Source: Mobula hypostoma (Eukaryota). From it: a DNA stretch of 64,000 nt. Both the position numbers and the translations under genes were made by a program. The DNA is taken from NCBI RefSeq assembly GCF_963921235.1, contig NC_086097.1, positions 206,586,001 through 206,650,000 of the forward strand, written 5' to 3'. Positions 11,547-23,449 of this stretch are shown here, one piece after another (within the stretch, counting starts at the first letter, position 1; every line of letters starts with the position of its first letter). Under the pieces are notes generated by a model. It did no database searches. It had not been told where the DNA came from and was given only the letters and a program-made list of their open reading frames with translations.

Positions 11547-13214
11547 CTCAAGCATTTCATTGAAGTTTTCATAAAGTGGAAAATGCTGTGACATAGACTC
11601 CTCTTGCGTGAGCTACTAACTTCATAACGTTCACCCGAGGTAATGACATTTAGTGGAAATCAGGAAAAGGTTGGCAATTGGGGAAGCAGTCACTGTGGGC
11701 CACTCCTGTGCATTTCCTTATAGTAATGTGACTGAATTAGTTCTAGGATCTGTAGTGTGTCAATGTGGCAAGATGGGGAAAAACACATTTTAGTTTAAAG
11801 ATGGAAACAAGAATAGGTTGCACAAGTGTATGAAAGGCCATTTAGCTTCTGCTGCACTGTGATTATGTTTAAATAAAATACATATACAGTTTCAGGGTGG
11901 ACCAGTGCCACAACACATTGGCTTACTCTTGCCTGCACAGCTGAATGGTGGGATGTGGCTTCACGCCTGTGATTTCCCACATGGCGAGTTCCTGATCTCA
12001 ACTGAGCTGTCAGAGCAGCTATGTGTGCAGGCCAGGTATTTTTCTAGTAGGAGGGAGGGGAAAAACCATGGTGTGAAAACAAGAGGAAGTTTTACACGAA
12101 TGAACAGCTAAACAAAAAAATTGAACTGATGGAAAGAAAAGGTTTAAAATATGTTTTTAATATAGTTCTAATCAAAATTGCAGATTTGTAAGAAGTCTTT
12201 TGGACTGGACATAGATGGACTTTCACTTTCTGGATCTGCAATGTAACATTGAGTCGATGCTAATGATGGAAAAAAAGTTGCTTGATTGACTCTCTGACAA
12301 TGTGATGGGACAGTTTGTGAGGGTATTTTGAAACAAACCTGACTGAATTCAGTCAGGTTTGAGCATAGCAGCATTTAGTAAATCAATACCTTCTAGCTTC
12401 ACCTGGGGCACAAATATTATGGATTGTAGTAATCCATGTTGAATGCAAAGAAAGCATAATTTAATAGTTAATTACAATACAGTGCAGAAATACAATTGAG
12501 TTTCATGGAAAATATTGTTGAAAGTGAGCCTGTCGGTCATTGAATCAGTTCAGAGTTGTGGTGATTGAGGTTGTTCTTGCTGGTTCAGGAGCTTGAATGT
12601 TGTAGGGTAATAACTGTTCCTGAACCTTGGGATAGGTTTTGTATCACAGCGGACTAACAATGAATATGCCTCCTACCATCTTTTGAAGAGGTGGCAAGGA
12701 ACTATATTTCTGACAGTGCTGTTAGGAGAAAGGTCCAGGATTTTCACACAGGTAATAGTGGAAGTGTGCAGATCTACTTCAAAGGCAGTATGGAGTGTGT
12801 CATAGAGACAGACTTGTAGGTGGCGGTATTCCCAGTCAATTTCTTCTCTCTCTCTAGGTGACAGAGGTAGTGCTTTTTGGTTGGTGCTGTCATAAAAGTC
12901 TTGCTGAGTTGTAGCTGTACATTTGGCATACAGTACATGCTACAGCCATGGTGTGGCAATGGTAGAGAGGGAATGTTCAGCATGGGGTACTGGATGCCAA
13001 TCAACTAGGTTGCTAGATCTTAACTAGTATCAAACATCTTGAATGTTGTTGCAAATGATTTTTCACAAACCAAAGGACAGTATTCCAACAAACTTCCAAT
13101 TTTCTCATCCTATTAGGTTATAGAGAGTCTGCAGCTGCCTTGCAATGTAGAATATATGGTCTTCAGTATTTTCCTGTAGGCACACATATCATGTATTTGA
13201 CCTGTACTTATTGA

Positions 13215-13750
13215 TCCCATTATTAGGTACCTCCTGTACATAATAAAGTGGACATTGAGTGTATACTTGTGGTCTTCTGCCGCTGTGGCCCATTCACTTC
13301 AAGGTTGAATGTGCTGTGCATTCACAGACGTTCTTCTGCACACCACTGTTGTAACACATATTTATTTGAGTTACTGTCACCTTCCTGTCAGCTTGAACTA
13401 ACCTGGTCATTCTTCTCTGTCCTTTCTTGTTCACAAGGTGTTTTCCACAGAACTACTGCACACTGGTTGTGTTTTTGTTTCTCACACCATTCTCTGCAAA
13501 CACTAGAGAATGCCATGCATGAAAATCTGAGGATATCAGCAGTTTCTAAGATACTCAAACCACCCCCTCTGGCACCAACAATCATCCTACGGTCAAAGAT
13601 CACATTTCCTTCCCATTCTGATGCTTGGTCTAAACAACAGCTGAACCTCTTGACCATCTTTGCATGCTTTATGCATTGAGTTGCTGTCACATAATTGGCT
13701 GATTAGATATTTGTATTTGAACAGGTGCACAGATGGCCATTGAGTGTTTT
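13215..13750 (-). mobile_element. Tc1-like non-autonomous DNA transposon relic
   Basis: Minus-strand peptide FDRRMIVGARGGGLSILETADILRFS...VCREWCEKQK resembles the Tc1 transposase N-terminal HTH. TIR-like motifs at 13235-13263 and 13733-13747. Confidence 0.75.
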
Positions 13751-13989
13751 TACGTGGGGGGGGGAGTGCTCTGTAATGTTGATAATGAGTGATTTGGCAA
13801 TGCCATTATCACAGAATATCAAGGGTAAATGGTTGGACTTTATTTTGCTGAAGATGGTCCTTGTCTGGCAATTCTGTAGCAAAAATGTCACTTGTAATGT
13901 ATCAGCCCAAGTCCAAATATTGTCCTGCTGTCAATGTGACATAGACTACCTAATCACCTGAACACTTGTTCTGCCTCAGATTTCTCACT

Positions 13990-14300
13990 CGATGCATAGA
14001 AGGATCTTGGGTCCAAGTCCATTGTTCATTGCAAGCAGCAACACAAGTCGGTAGGGTGGTCAATAAAGTTTATGGCTTGCTTGCCTTTATCATTTGCAGT
14101 GCAGACTATAAGAAATAGGAAGTTATGTGGCAGCTTCCATTAGGCCATCTTTAGAGTACTGTGTCCAGTTCTGGTCACTATATTGCAGGAAAAATGTGGA
14201 GACTTCAGTGCAGATGGTGTTCACCAGGATGCTGCCTGGATTAAAGAGCATTGTGGGCTAGAGGTCCTGTTTCTGCACTGCACTATGTTCTTTTATCAGA
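13990..14300 (+). mobile_element. Decayed CR1 fragment
   Basis: ggatcttgggtccaagtccat...gagtactgtgtccagttctggtc (LEYCVQFWS-like). Confidence 0.7.
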
Positions 14301-14799
14301 GGATGAATCACTGCCTTATAGCAAGACAAGAAAATGTCTTCATTATCAATTTTTCCATCCCTCTCCCTCCTCCTATTCTTGCATCTCATTTTCCTACATT
14401 TTCCTCCACCTCCACCAGCAATACAATCTCTTGTAAGGTCTGAATCTGCATAAATGGTGAGTTGTGAGGGGTGTATCATAAAATAAAAGATGCTCTTTGG
14501 ACAATCCTGGACTGCACTTCATGATTAATCTGGACATCAGAATTATTTCTTCTGCATACCAATGATGACGCTGGCCTCATTACAGAGGAGTATATATCTG
14601 TCCTTGGGAGAACATTCTGTTTTGAATCTGGAGCCCTCATTGGCACCAGATACCCAGAATATTGCTCCTGTCACTTAGAAAACACCCATTGATATGTCTG
14701 GAAAACAATGGAGACTACAGACACACAGATAGAGTAGTGTAAAATACAGTGGACTATGAAATTGACCATAGGAGTTTATGCATGTGATCACAATTTATT

Positions 14800-17660
14800 T
14801 GGAAAATGGTAGCACGTAGAGTTACATTGACTTCTCCAGTTCCCAAAGATGGTGCTAGTTTTAAATTCTTAGATAGTGTTTCAAAGTTTCTAGTCAAGGA
14901 TTTCAGTCAGCCAATGTTCAGTGGATACACCACCACTGAATTCTTAGACAAAATTATTTTTAATCTGCCGGCAGCAGAGTTAATAGTAGCGCTTAACAGA
15001 CTAGGGATTCTCTGGACACCAGCGAGATGGCCTAGTAGTTCAGATGAGTTAGCAGAAGATGCACTGGTGCCAGAGGAAGCAGAGATGTGGCAAGAGAGCC
15101 TGAGGATCAGTTAGGCTGAGAGCTAACTCAACCAGCCCAGCGGAACCATGACTTTTTCTGGCCAATGTCCACTCCCTAGAATTTAGTATGAACACACTGA
15201 GACATGAATGAACACACAGGAAGAGATGAGAAACTGCTGTATTCTAGTTTTCACCAAAACATGGCTAAACAACATGTCTGACTTGGCATTTCAGCTTGAC
15301 AGCATGACTCTGTTCTGTGCAGACCAAAACGTTGCGCACAATTTCATCTGTAGTTAGTAGTCACAGTCTGGGGCAATTGAACTTCTTACAATGAAATGCT
15401 GGCCATATTATCTGCTCAGGAATTTACTGTTATGCTCATCACTGGTGTCCACATCCCCCAGAGTGTGAACACCAAGCACAATAGCTCTCTAGAAAATAAG
15501 TATCTGGATGGTCCTTTCATAATTGCAGGAGACTTCAATCATGTTAATCTGCAGGACATTTTACCCGCATTCCACCAATATATTACCATGGCCACTAGGA
15601 ACAAACAGATTCAACCATGTTTGTACAAGTGATGTGGTACTTGCAAAGCCATCCCACACATTCATCTTGACCTCTCTGATCACACCTCCATAGCGTTAAT
15701 CCCAATATACTGAAAATGGAGAATCCAGTCAAGCTGGCCATCACTGTATGGCCCAAAGAGGCAATCTCTATGCTGTAGACTAACTGGCAGATGTTCAAGG
15801 AGGCTGCCTGAAAAGGACAAGACACAGACCTCAAGGAATATGCCTCATCTGTCACCAGCTGCTCCTGTAAGTGTGTAAATGACACTGGTACATGTTGGTT
15901 AATTCATAGACCAACCAGAAGGCCTGGCTGAACACTGCAAAGCCCAGGATGCTGCCTTCAAGACTGGTGACAGAACAGCAAAATAGAACCTCATCCTAGG
16001 CATCAAGAGGGTCAAGACTACTTGCACTCCAAAAACTTTAACAACACCTGTCCGATAATGATCTTTGGAATTCTTGGCTGGGCATCAACGATGTTACTGA
16101 CTAGGTGACGAAAATCCTCAATGCTCTAAAAAAGTTTATGCATGCTTCGCGGCATGCAACAAAATACCAGTTATGTGAGTCAGCCCCTATAAGGCAACTG
16201 GGCCAGGCAACAGCCCAGGCTGAGTACTCAGGGAGTGTGCACACCAGCTCACTGATGTCTTCACGAACATCTTCAATATTTCACCCAACCAGGCTGCTGT
16301 CCCCACATACCTCAAATCAGCCACCATCAGCTCTGCATCAACGAATTCCACACCTTCAGAACTGAACAACTTTTGACACTGACACTACTCATCACGAAGT
16401 AAGCTGGTAATGGCACATGCCAAAAACACCATTCCTGCCACATTGGACACCAATGTGCTTACCAACAAAACCGCTATATGACAGATGCCAAAACATTTGT
16501 CATGCACTTGGCCCAGACACACCTGGAAAACAGGACATTTATGTCTGAATGCTGTTTCTGAATTTCATTTCTGCATTCAACACAGATCTTGGTGAACAAA
16601 CTCCTACTCCTCAGTGTAAAAACACCACTGTGCAACAGGGTGTTGGACTTCCTAACCTCAGATAGTCAGAATGGACAGCCACCCCTCCCTCCCCATCACT
16701 GCCAATGCAGGTACCCCCCCCCCCCCCAACCAGGGCTATGTGCTGAGCCACCGCTGTACATTTTGCTCACACATGAGTGCACGGGCCAAACACCTGAGTA
16801 GTCACATTGTTAAGTTCATCGATGACATGGCAGTGGTGGGGCTCATCACCAACAATGATGAGACAGCCTACAGAGAGGAGGTGAAAGAGCTCACGTCCTG
16901 ATGCCAAAACAAATATCCTCTTACTCAAAGTCAACAAGACAAAGGAGATGATTATTGACTTCAGGAGAACTCGCACCACTGATACCCCTCTTTACATCGG
17001 TAGCATAACGGTGGAAACTGCATGCTGCTTCAAACTCTTGGGATTGCATATCTTGCACAATCTCTCATGATCCTTGAGCACATCCTACACTGTCAGGAAA
17101 GCTTATCAATGTCTCTCCTTTCTGAGAATGCTGAAGAGAGCTGGACTTTGCACATCCATACTCACATCATTCTACAGTTGCAAATAGAGGGCATCCTGAT
17201 AATCTGCATCACTCTGTGGTAGAGATACTGCACTGTGGCTGACAGGAAGGCTCTATAAGGGGTAGTCAAAATTGTCCAAAGCATCACCAGCACCAGCCTA
17301 CCTGCCATCAAGGACATATATACAGAAAGGTGCTGGAAAAGGGCTAGTAACATCATCAAGGATCCCACCCACTTTGCTCATGAACTGCTTGTCTCATTGC
17401 TGTCAAGGAGGAGGCTATGAAGCACCTATGCCAGGACCACCAGACTCAAAAATAGTTATTTCCCCGAGCAGTAAGGCTGATCAAAACCTCCACCCACTAA
17501 CTTGTCCTCCACAACCCCAACCACCATTACTCTATCATTTCCTGTCAGTCACCTTATGTACAGACACTCCTGTGCCTAGTGTCACTTTATGAATGTACAA
17601 TCAGTCTATATATATAAGCTATCTTATGTATTTATATTTATTGTGATTTTTATTATTATT
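14800..17660 (+). mobile_element. Near full-length, decayed Rex1/Babar-like LINE (APE+RT)
   Basis: APE motifs LANV.SL, CCILVFTKTWL and IIAGDFNHVNL. RT motifs QGYVLS and KFIDDMAVVGLITNNDETAYREEV. Many stops and frameshifts. Confidence 0.82.
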
Positions 17661-17664
17661 CTGT

Positions 17665-18062
17665 TAAGACCATAAGATATAAGAGCAGAATTAGGCCACT
17701 CAGCCCATTAAGTCTATGGCTAAACTATTATCTCTCTCAACCCCATTCTCTTTCCTTCTCCCCATACCCTTTGATTCCTGACTAATCAAGAACCTATCAA
17801 CCTCCACTTTAAATATACTCAATGACTTGTCCTTCACAGTCATCTGTGGCAATGAATTCCCCATTCACCACCCTTCATCCAAGGAAATTCCTCTTCATCT
17901 CTGTTCCAAATGGATGTTCCACTCTTTGAGGTTGTGCCCTCTGGTCCTAGACTCCCCCACAATAGGAAACATCCTCTCCACATCCACTCTATCCTGTCCT
18001 TTCAATATTCAATCGGCTTCAATGAGATGCCTACAGATTTTTCTAAACTCCAACACCTACAG
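17665..18062 (-). mobile_element. CR1 3' end fragment
   Basis: Tail taagaccataagatataag plus the reverse complement of the CR1 C-terminal region (cctctggtcctagactcccc). Confidence 0.8.
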
Positions 18063-19116
18063 GCTTATTTATCTTAAAGTGTGTTTTTTTTGTGTGCAGT
18101 AATAGATCCGGAGTAACAATTATTTCATTTGTTTACACTTGTGTACTGGAAATGACATTAAACAATCTTGAAATCTTCGATATTTCGGGGATTGAAATGC
18201 TTTGCAGTTCTGATACCGTTGTAGGATCTAAAGTGTAGTCCTAAGGACAGTGATGGGAACCCATCACCACCTGAGAACAGTGACTGCTCAGGAATTAAAT
18301 TCAGCTCCTTCTCCTTAGGCAATGAGTTTTGCTGATGTGCCCACCAGCCTAGAATGATCGTCCTCCGTCACAGTCAGATTGGTTGTTGTGAAGTTCCGTA
18401 TCAGTGTTGCCTCTCACTGGTGCTCCATTTGTTTGACAGATTTTCCTGATCCACTATATTCCTTGACTACCTTTTCCTTCACCCTCCAATGCTGGAACCA
18501 CAAATGCATTCCGCCATGCCAGCTGAAGGTAAAGGCTACGATGAAAACACGAGACTCCACACTCAATTCGAGCAACGGGTAGAGTGATGTCATACATCTC
18601 CAATGCAATGAATATGCACACAGTTATTTCCTTCCAAAGAAATGACAGCAACAGTACCAACAATTTTGGAAGCAATTAAGAACCCTTTTAAATAGCATGG
18701 ACAGTGGTGGAGTGCTTCTCACCCTCAAAATGGCAAGATGATTAATGCAGAACACTGGCTGGATCATCACAGCTCAGTTTGGCAAAGCTGACACCAAATC
18801 AGCATTGCATGAGGAGCAGCATCAATAACAGTCTACTCTGCATACTACTAGTTTGTGTGCAGCACACGTGTTATTGCACTATTCAATTTGCTGAGTAAAC
18901 TCGATTGCTCCAAAAATTATCCACTCACAACTCGAGAATGACATTGGAGCTAAAATGGTGTCCTTACCACTAAAGAACACAAAGCAATGTGATCTAAATT
19001 TTGCCATTATTCTACTGATTACCAGCAAACTTGGATGGATACAGCAAAAAAAGAGTTTAAGGTTTCAAAACTGAACAAGTGTTCAGTCAGAATATACTCA
19101 CAGAGGCAGAGACTAA

Positions 19117-19600
19117 AGTAAGGGGGTCAGATAGGCGATTCTGTGGACGCAGTCCAGAGACTCAGATGGTAGTTTGCCTCCCTGGTGCCAGGGTCCGGGA
19201 TATTTCTGATCGTGTCCAAGATATCCTGAAGTGGGAGGGTGAAGAGCCAGAGGTCCTGGTACATATAGGTACCAATGACATAGGTAGGAAAAGGGATGAG
19301 GTCCTGAAAGAAGAATATAGGGAGCTAGGAAGGGAGTTGAGAAAAAGGACTGCAAAGGTAGTAATCTCGGGATTACTGCCTGTGCCACGCGACAGTGAGA
19401 GTAGGAATGCGATGAGGTGGAGGATAAATGCGTGGCTGAGGGATTCGAGCAGGGGGCAGGGATTCAAGTTTTTGGATCATTGGGACCTCTATTGGTGCAG
19501 GCGTGACCTGTACAAAAAGGACGGGTTACACTTAAATCCTAGGGGGACCAATATCCTGGCAGGGAGATTAGCGGGGGCTACTGAGGTGACTTTAAACTAG
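19117..19600 (+). CDS. CR1 ORF1 C-terminal SGNH/GDSL esterase-like domain (5'-truncated)
   Basis: VRGSDRRFC..CLPGARVRD, VHIGTNDIG and DGLHLNPRG (SGNH blocks II, III and V). The GDS block is lost at the truncation. Confidence 0.85.
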
Positions 19601-19803
19601 AATGGTTGGGGGGTGGGAATCAAATTAAAGAGGCTAGGTGTGAGGAGGTTAGTTCACAACAGAGGGATGGGAACCAGTGCAGAGAGACAGAGGGGTGTAA
19701 AGTGAGCGTAGAAGCAAAAAGTACAAAGGGGAAAAGTAAAAGTGGCAGGCCGACAAATCCAGGGCAAGCATTAAAAAGGGCTAAGAGAGTTGTAAAAGAG
19801 CGC

Positions 19804-22605
19804 ATGAAGGCTTTATGTGTCAAAGCAAGGAGCATTCGTAATAAGGTGGATGAATTGAAAGTGCAGATTGTTATTAATGATTATGATATAGTTGGGATCA
19901 CAGAGACATGGCTCCAGGGTGACCAGGGATGGGAGCTCAACGTTCAGGGATATTCAATATTCAGGAGGGATAGACATGAAGGAAGGGGAGGTGGGGTGGC
20001 GTTGCTGGTCAAAAAAGAGATTAACGCAATAGAAAGGAAGGACATAAGCCGGGAAGATGTGGAATCGATATGGGTAGAGCTGCGTAACACTAAGGGGCAG
20101 AAGACGCTGGTGGGAGTTGTGTACAGGCCACCTAACAGTAGTAGTGAAGTCGGAGATGGTATTAAACAGGAAATTAGAAATGTGTGCAATAAAGGAACAG
20201 CAGTTATAATGGGTGACTTCAATCTACATGTAGATTGGGTGAACCAAATTGGTAAAGGTGCTGAGGAAGAGGATTTCTTGGAATGTATGCTGGATGGTTT
20301 TTTGAACCAACATGTCGAGGAACCGACTAGAGAGCAGGCTATTCTGGACTGGGTTTTGAGCAATGAGGAAGGGTTAATTAGCAATCTTGTCGTGAGAGGC
20401 CCCTTGGGTAAGAGTGACCATAATATGGTGGAATTCTTCATTAACATGGAGAGTGACATAGTTAATTCAGAAACAAAGGTTCTGAACTTAAAGAGGGGTA
20501 ACTTTGAAGGTATGAGTCGTGAATTAGCTAAGATAGACTGGCAAATGACACTTAAAGGATTGACGGTGGATATGCAATGGCAAGCATTTAAAGGTTGCAT
20601 GGATGAACTACAACAATTGTTCATCCCAGTTTGGCAAAAGAATAAATCAAGGAAGGTAGTGCACCCGTGGCTGACAAGAGAAATTAGGGATAGTATCAAG
20701 TCCAAAGAAGTAGCATACAAATTAGCCAGAGAAAGTGGCTCACCTGAGGACTGGGAGAAATTCAGAGTTCAGCAGAGGAGGACAAAGGGCTTAATTAGGA
20801 AGGGGAAAAAAGATTATGAGAGAAAACTGGCAGAGAACATAAAAACGGACTGTAAAAGCTTTTATAGATATGTAAAAAGGAAAAGACTGATAAAGACAAA
20901 TGTAGGTCCCCTACAGACAGAAACAGGTGAATTGATTATGGGGAGCAAGGACATGGCAGACCAATTGAATAATTATTTTGGTTCTGTCTTCACTAAGGAG
21001 GACATAAATAATCTTCCAGAAATAGTAAGGGACAGAGGGTCCAGTGAGATGGAGGAACTGAGTGAAATACATGTTAGTAGGGAAGTGGTGTTAGGTAAAT
21101 TGAAGGGATTGAAGGCAGATAAATCCCCAGGGCCAGATGGTCTGCATCCCAGAGTGCTTAAGGAAGTAGCCCAAGAAATAGTGGATGCATTAGTGATAAT
21201 TTTTCAAAACTCGTTAGATTCTGGACTAGTTCCTGAGGATTGGAGGGTGGCTAATGTAACACCACTTTTTAAAAAAGGAGGGAGAGAGAAACCGGGGAAT
21301 TATAGGCCGGTTAGCCTAACGTCGGTGGTGGGGAAACTGCTGGAGTCAGTTATCAAGGATGTGATAACAGCACATTTGGAAAGCGGTGAAATGATCGGAC
21401 AAAGTCAGCATGGATTTGTGAAAGGAAAATCATGTCTGACGAATCTCATAGAATTTTTTGAGGATGTAACTAGTAGAGTGGATAGGGGAGAACCAGTGGA
21501 TGTGGTATATTTGGATTTTCAAAAGGCTTTTGACAAGGTCCCACACAGGAGATTAGTGTGCAAACTTAAAGCACACGGTATTGGGGGTAAGGTATTGGTG
21601 TGGGTGGAGAATTGGTTAGCAGACAGGAAGCAAAGAGTGGGAATAAACGGGACCTTTTCAGAATGGCAGGCGGTGACTAGTGGGGTACCGCAAGGCTCAG
21701 TGCTGGGACCCCAGTTGTTTACAATATATATTAATGACTTGGATGAGGGAATTAAATGCAGCATCTCCAAGTTTGCGGATGACACGAAGCTGGGTGGCAG
21801 TGTTAGCAGTGAGGAGGATGCTAAGAGGATGCAGGGTGACTTGGATAGGTTGGGTGAGTGGGCAAACTCATGGCAGATGCAATTTAATGTGGATAAATGT
21901 GAAGTTATCCACTTTGGTGGCAAAAATAGGAAAACAGATTATTATCTGAATGGTGGCCGATTAGGAAAAGGGGAGGTGCAACGAGACCTGGGTGTCATTA
22001 TACACCAGTCATTGAAAGTGGGCATGCAGGTACAGCAGGCGGTGAAAAAGGCGAACGGTATGCTGGCATTTATAGCGAGAGGATTCGAGTACAGGAGCAG
22101 GGAGGTACTACTGCAGTTGTACAAGGCCTTGGTGAGACCACACCTGGAGTATTGTGTGCAGTTTTGGTCCCCTAATCTGAGGAAAGACATCTTTGCCATA
22201 GAGGGAGTACAAAGAAGGTTCACCAGATTGATTCCTGGGATGGCAGGTCTTTCATATGAAGAAAGACTGGATGAACTGGGCTTGTACTCGTTGGAATTTA
22301 GAAGATTGAGGGGGGATCTGATTGAAACGTATAAGATCCTAAAAGGATTGGACAGGCTAGATGCGGGAAGATTGTTCCCGATGTTGGGGAGGTCTAGAAC
22401 GAGGGGTCACAGTTTGAGGATAGAGGGGAAGCCTTTTAGGACCGAGGTTAGGAAAAACTTCTTCACACAGAGAGTGGTGAATCTGTGGAATTCTCTGCCA
22501 CAGCAAACTGTTGAGGCCAGTTCATTAGCTATGTTTAAAAGGAAGTTAGATATGGCCCTTGTGGCTACAGGGGTCAGGGGGTATGGAGGGAAGGCTGGGT
22601 TCTGA
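19804..22605 (+). CDS. CR1 ORF2: APE endonuclease and reverse transcriptase (933 aa from ATG 19804; frame open from 19606)
   Basis: APE motifs GITETWL, VYRPP, MGDFN, ILDWVL and SDHN. RT motifs YLDFQKAFDKVPH, GVPQGSVLGP and KFADDTKL. No in-frame stop. Confidence 0.95.
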   Translation: MKALCVKARSIRNKVDELKVQIVINDYDIVGITETWLQGDQGWELNVQGYSIFRRDRHEGRGGGVALLVKKEINAIERKDISREDVESIWVELRNTKGQKTLVGVVYRPPNSSSEVGDGIKQEIRNVCNKGTAVIMGDFNLHVDWVNQIGKGAEEEDFLECMLDGFLNQHVEEPTREQAILDWVLSNEEGLISNLVVRGPLGKSDHNMVEFFINMESDIVNSETKVLNLKRGNFEGMSRELAKIDWQMTLKGLTVDMQWQAFKGCMDELQQLFIPVWQKNKSRKVVHPWLTREIRDSIKSKEVAYKLARESGSPEDWEKFRVQQRRTKGLIRKGKKDYERKLAENIKTDCKSFYRYVKRKRLIKTNVGPLQTETGELIMGSKDMADQLNNYFGSVFTKEDINNLPEIVRDRGSSEMEELSEIHVSREVVLGKLKGLKADKSPGPDGLHPRVLKEVAQEIVDALVIIFQNSLDSGLVPEDWRVANVTPLFKKGGREKPGNYRPVSLTSVVGKLLESVIKDVITAHLESGEMIGQSQHGFVKGKSCLTNLIEFFEDVTSRVDRGEPVDVVYLDFQKAFDKVPHRRLVCKLKAHGIGGKVLVWVENWLADRKQRVGINGTFSEWQAVTSGVPQGSVLGPQLFTIYINDLDEGIKCSISKFADDTKLGGSVSSEEDAKRMQGDLDRLGEWANSWQMQFNVDKCEVIHFGGKNRKTDYYLNGGRLGKGEVQRDLGVIIHQSLKVGMQVQQAVKKANGMLAFIARGFEYRSREVLLQLYKALVRPHLEYCVQFWSPNLRKDIFAIEGVQRRFTRLIPGMAGLSYEERLDELGLYSLEFRRLRGDLIETYKILKGLDRLDAGRLFPMLGRSRTRGHSLRIEGKPFRTEVRKNFFTQRVVNLWNSLPQQTVEASSLAMFKRKLDMALVATGVRGYGGKAGF

Positions 22606-23091
22606 GTTGGATGATCAGCCATGATCATAATAAATGGCGGTGCAGGCTCGAAGGGCCGAATGGCCTACTCCTGCACCTATTTTCTATGTTTCTATGTTTC
22701 TATGTAAACAAACTTGGTTGCCATTGTAAGGTAGAGAGATACTGACTTTATCACTGTGAGTTAAGTGCAGGCACGTGTTACTCTCATGTACCACCATCCT
22801 TCACTTATCCCCGAGGCTTTGGCTGAATACATAACCCACATATTTCTCTGCTGTCTTTTATTATCTATATAGTGGATAGCACTTAGAATAATGTTTTAAG
22901 AATAGTGTTCTTTAGCTTTTAGCTGTAAGTAGGAAAAATAATTATGAAGCAATCTGAGATTATGCATGAAAAAAAGAGCGAACCACAAAAACAGTATAGG
23001 GACACTCAAGAGGATGAGTTGTGCTGCAAGTCCTATTCAGTTTTGGGAGTAGTTTATATGTTATTAAGCCCTACAGCAATGCTACACGTAC

Positions 23092-23093
<2 letters not shown>

Positions 23094-23125
<32 letters not shown>
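23094..23125. repeat. (AC)16 microsatellite
   Basis: Read directly from the sequence. Confidence 0.95.
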
Positions 23126-23130
<5 letters not shown>

Positions 23131-23449
23131 GTTGTTAGTTGCTCTAGTGTCAGCTACTGATTTAATCGCTGACACAGGCAGCATCATCTTCTAGAAAGAA
23201 ACTAAAAACAAAGATTGTCCAAAAGTGCTCCTGTATGTAATTAAAAGTCCATTGAGGTTCCTTTGCAGCGACATGTGATAGAATTTCAATGTTCCAATAC
23301 ATCACATAATAAAATCCATGAATGCATTCTTACATGCCTGCTAAAGGAGATGTCTGAAAAAATAACAAGAGGCTCCAACCAAATTCATCATATTATTGAT
23401 GCGCAGAAAATCAAATGACTATCTGCTATTGATCCTTTTACCCCAATCC

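Larger units (their letters stand above)
19117..22704 (+). mobile_element. Young 5'-truncated CR1 LINE (partial ORF1, intact ORF2, 3' UTR)
   Basis: Contiguous ORF1 C-terminus, ORF2 without stops, 3' hairpin aagggccgaatggcct and (TTTCTATG)3 tail at 22681-22704. Confidence 0.96.

Noticed and set aside
18380..18600. Kozak-like CCGCCATG with a short ORF and AG/GT sites
   Set aside because: Only 23 codons follow the ATG, the peptides are unrecognised, and there is no other support.
19079..19116. Apparent GTG start of the SGNH ORF
   Set aside because: This is flanking genomic sequence that happens to be in frame with the truncated CR1 ORF1. The GDS motif is absent.
19944..20720. 258-aa minus-strand ORF and similar antisense ORFs (21519-21923, 2251-2559)
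   Set aside because: These are antisense shadows of LINE ORF2 coding sequence with no independent motifs.
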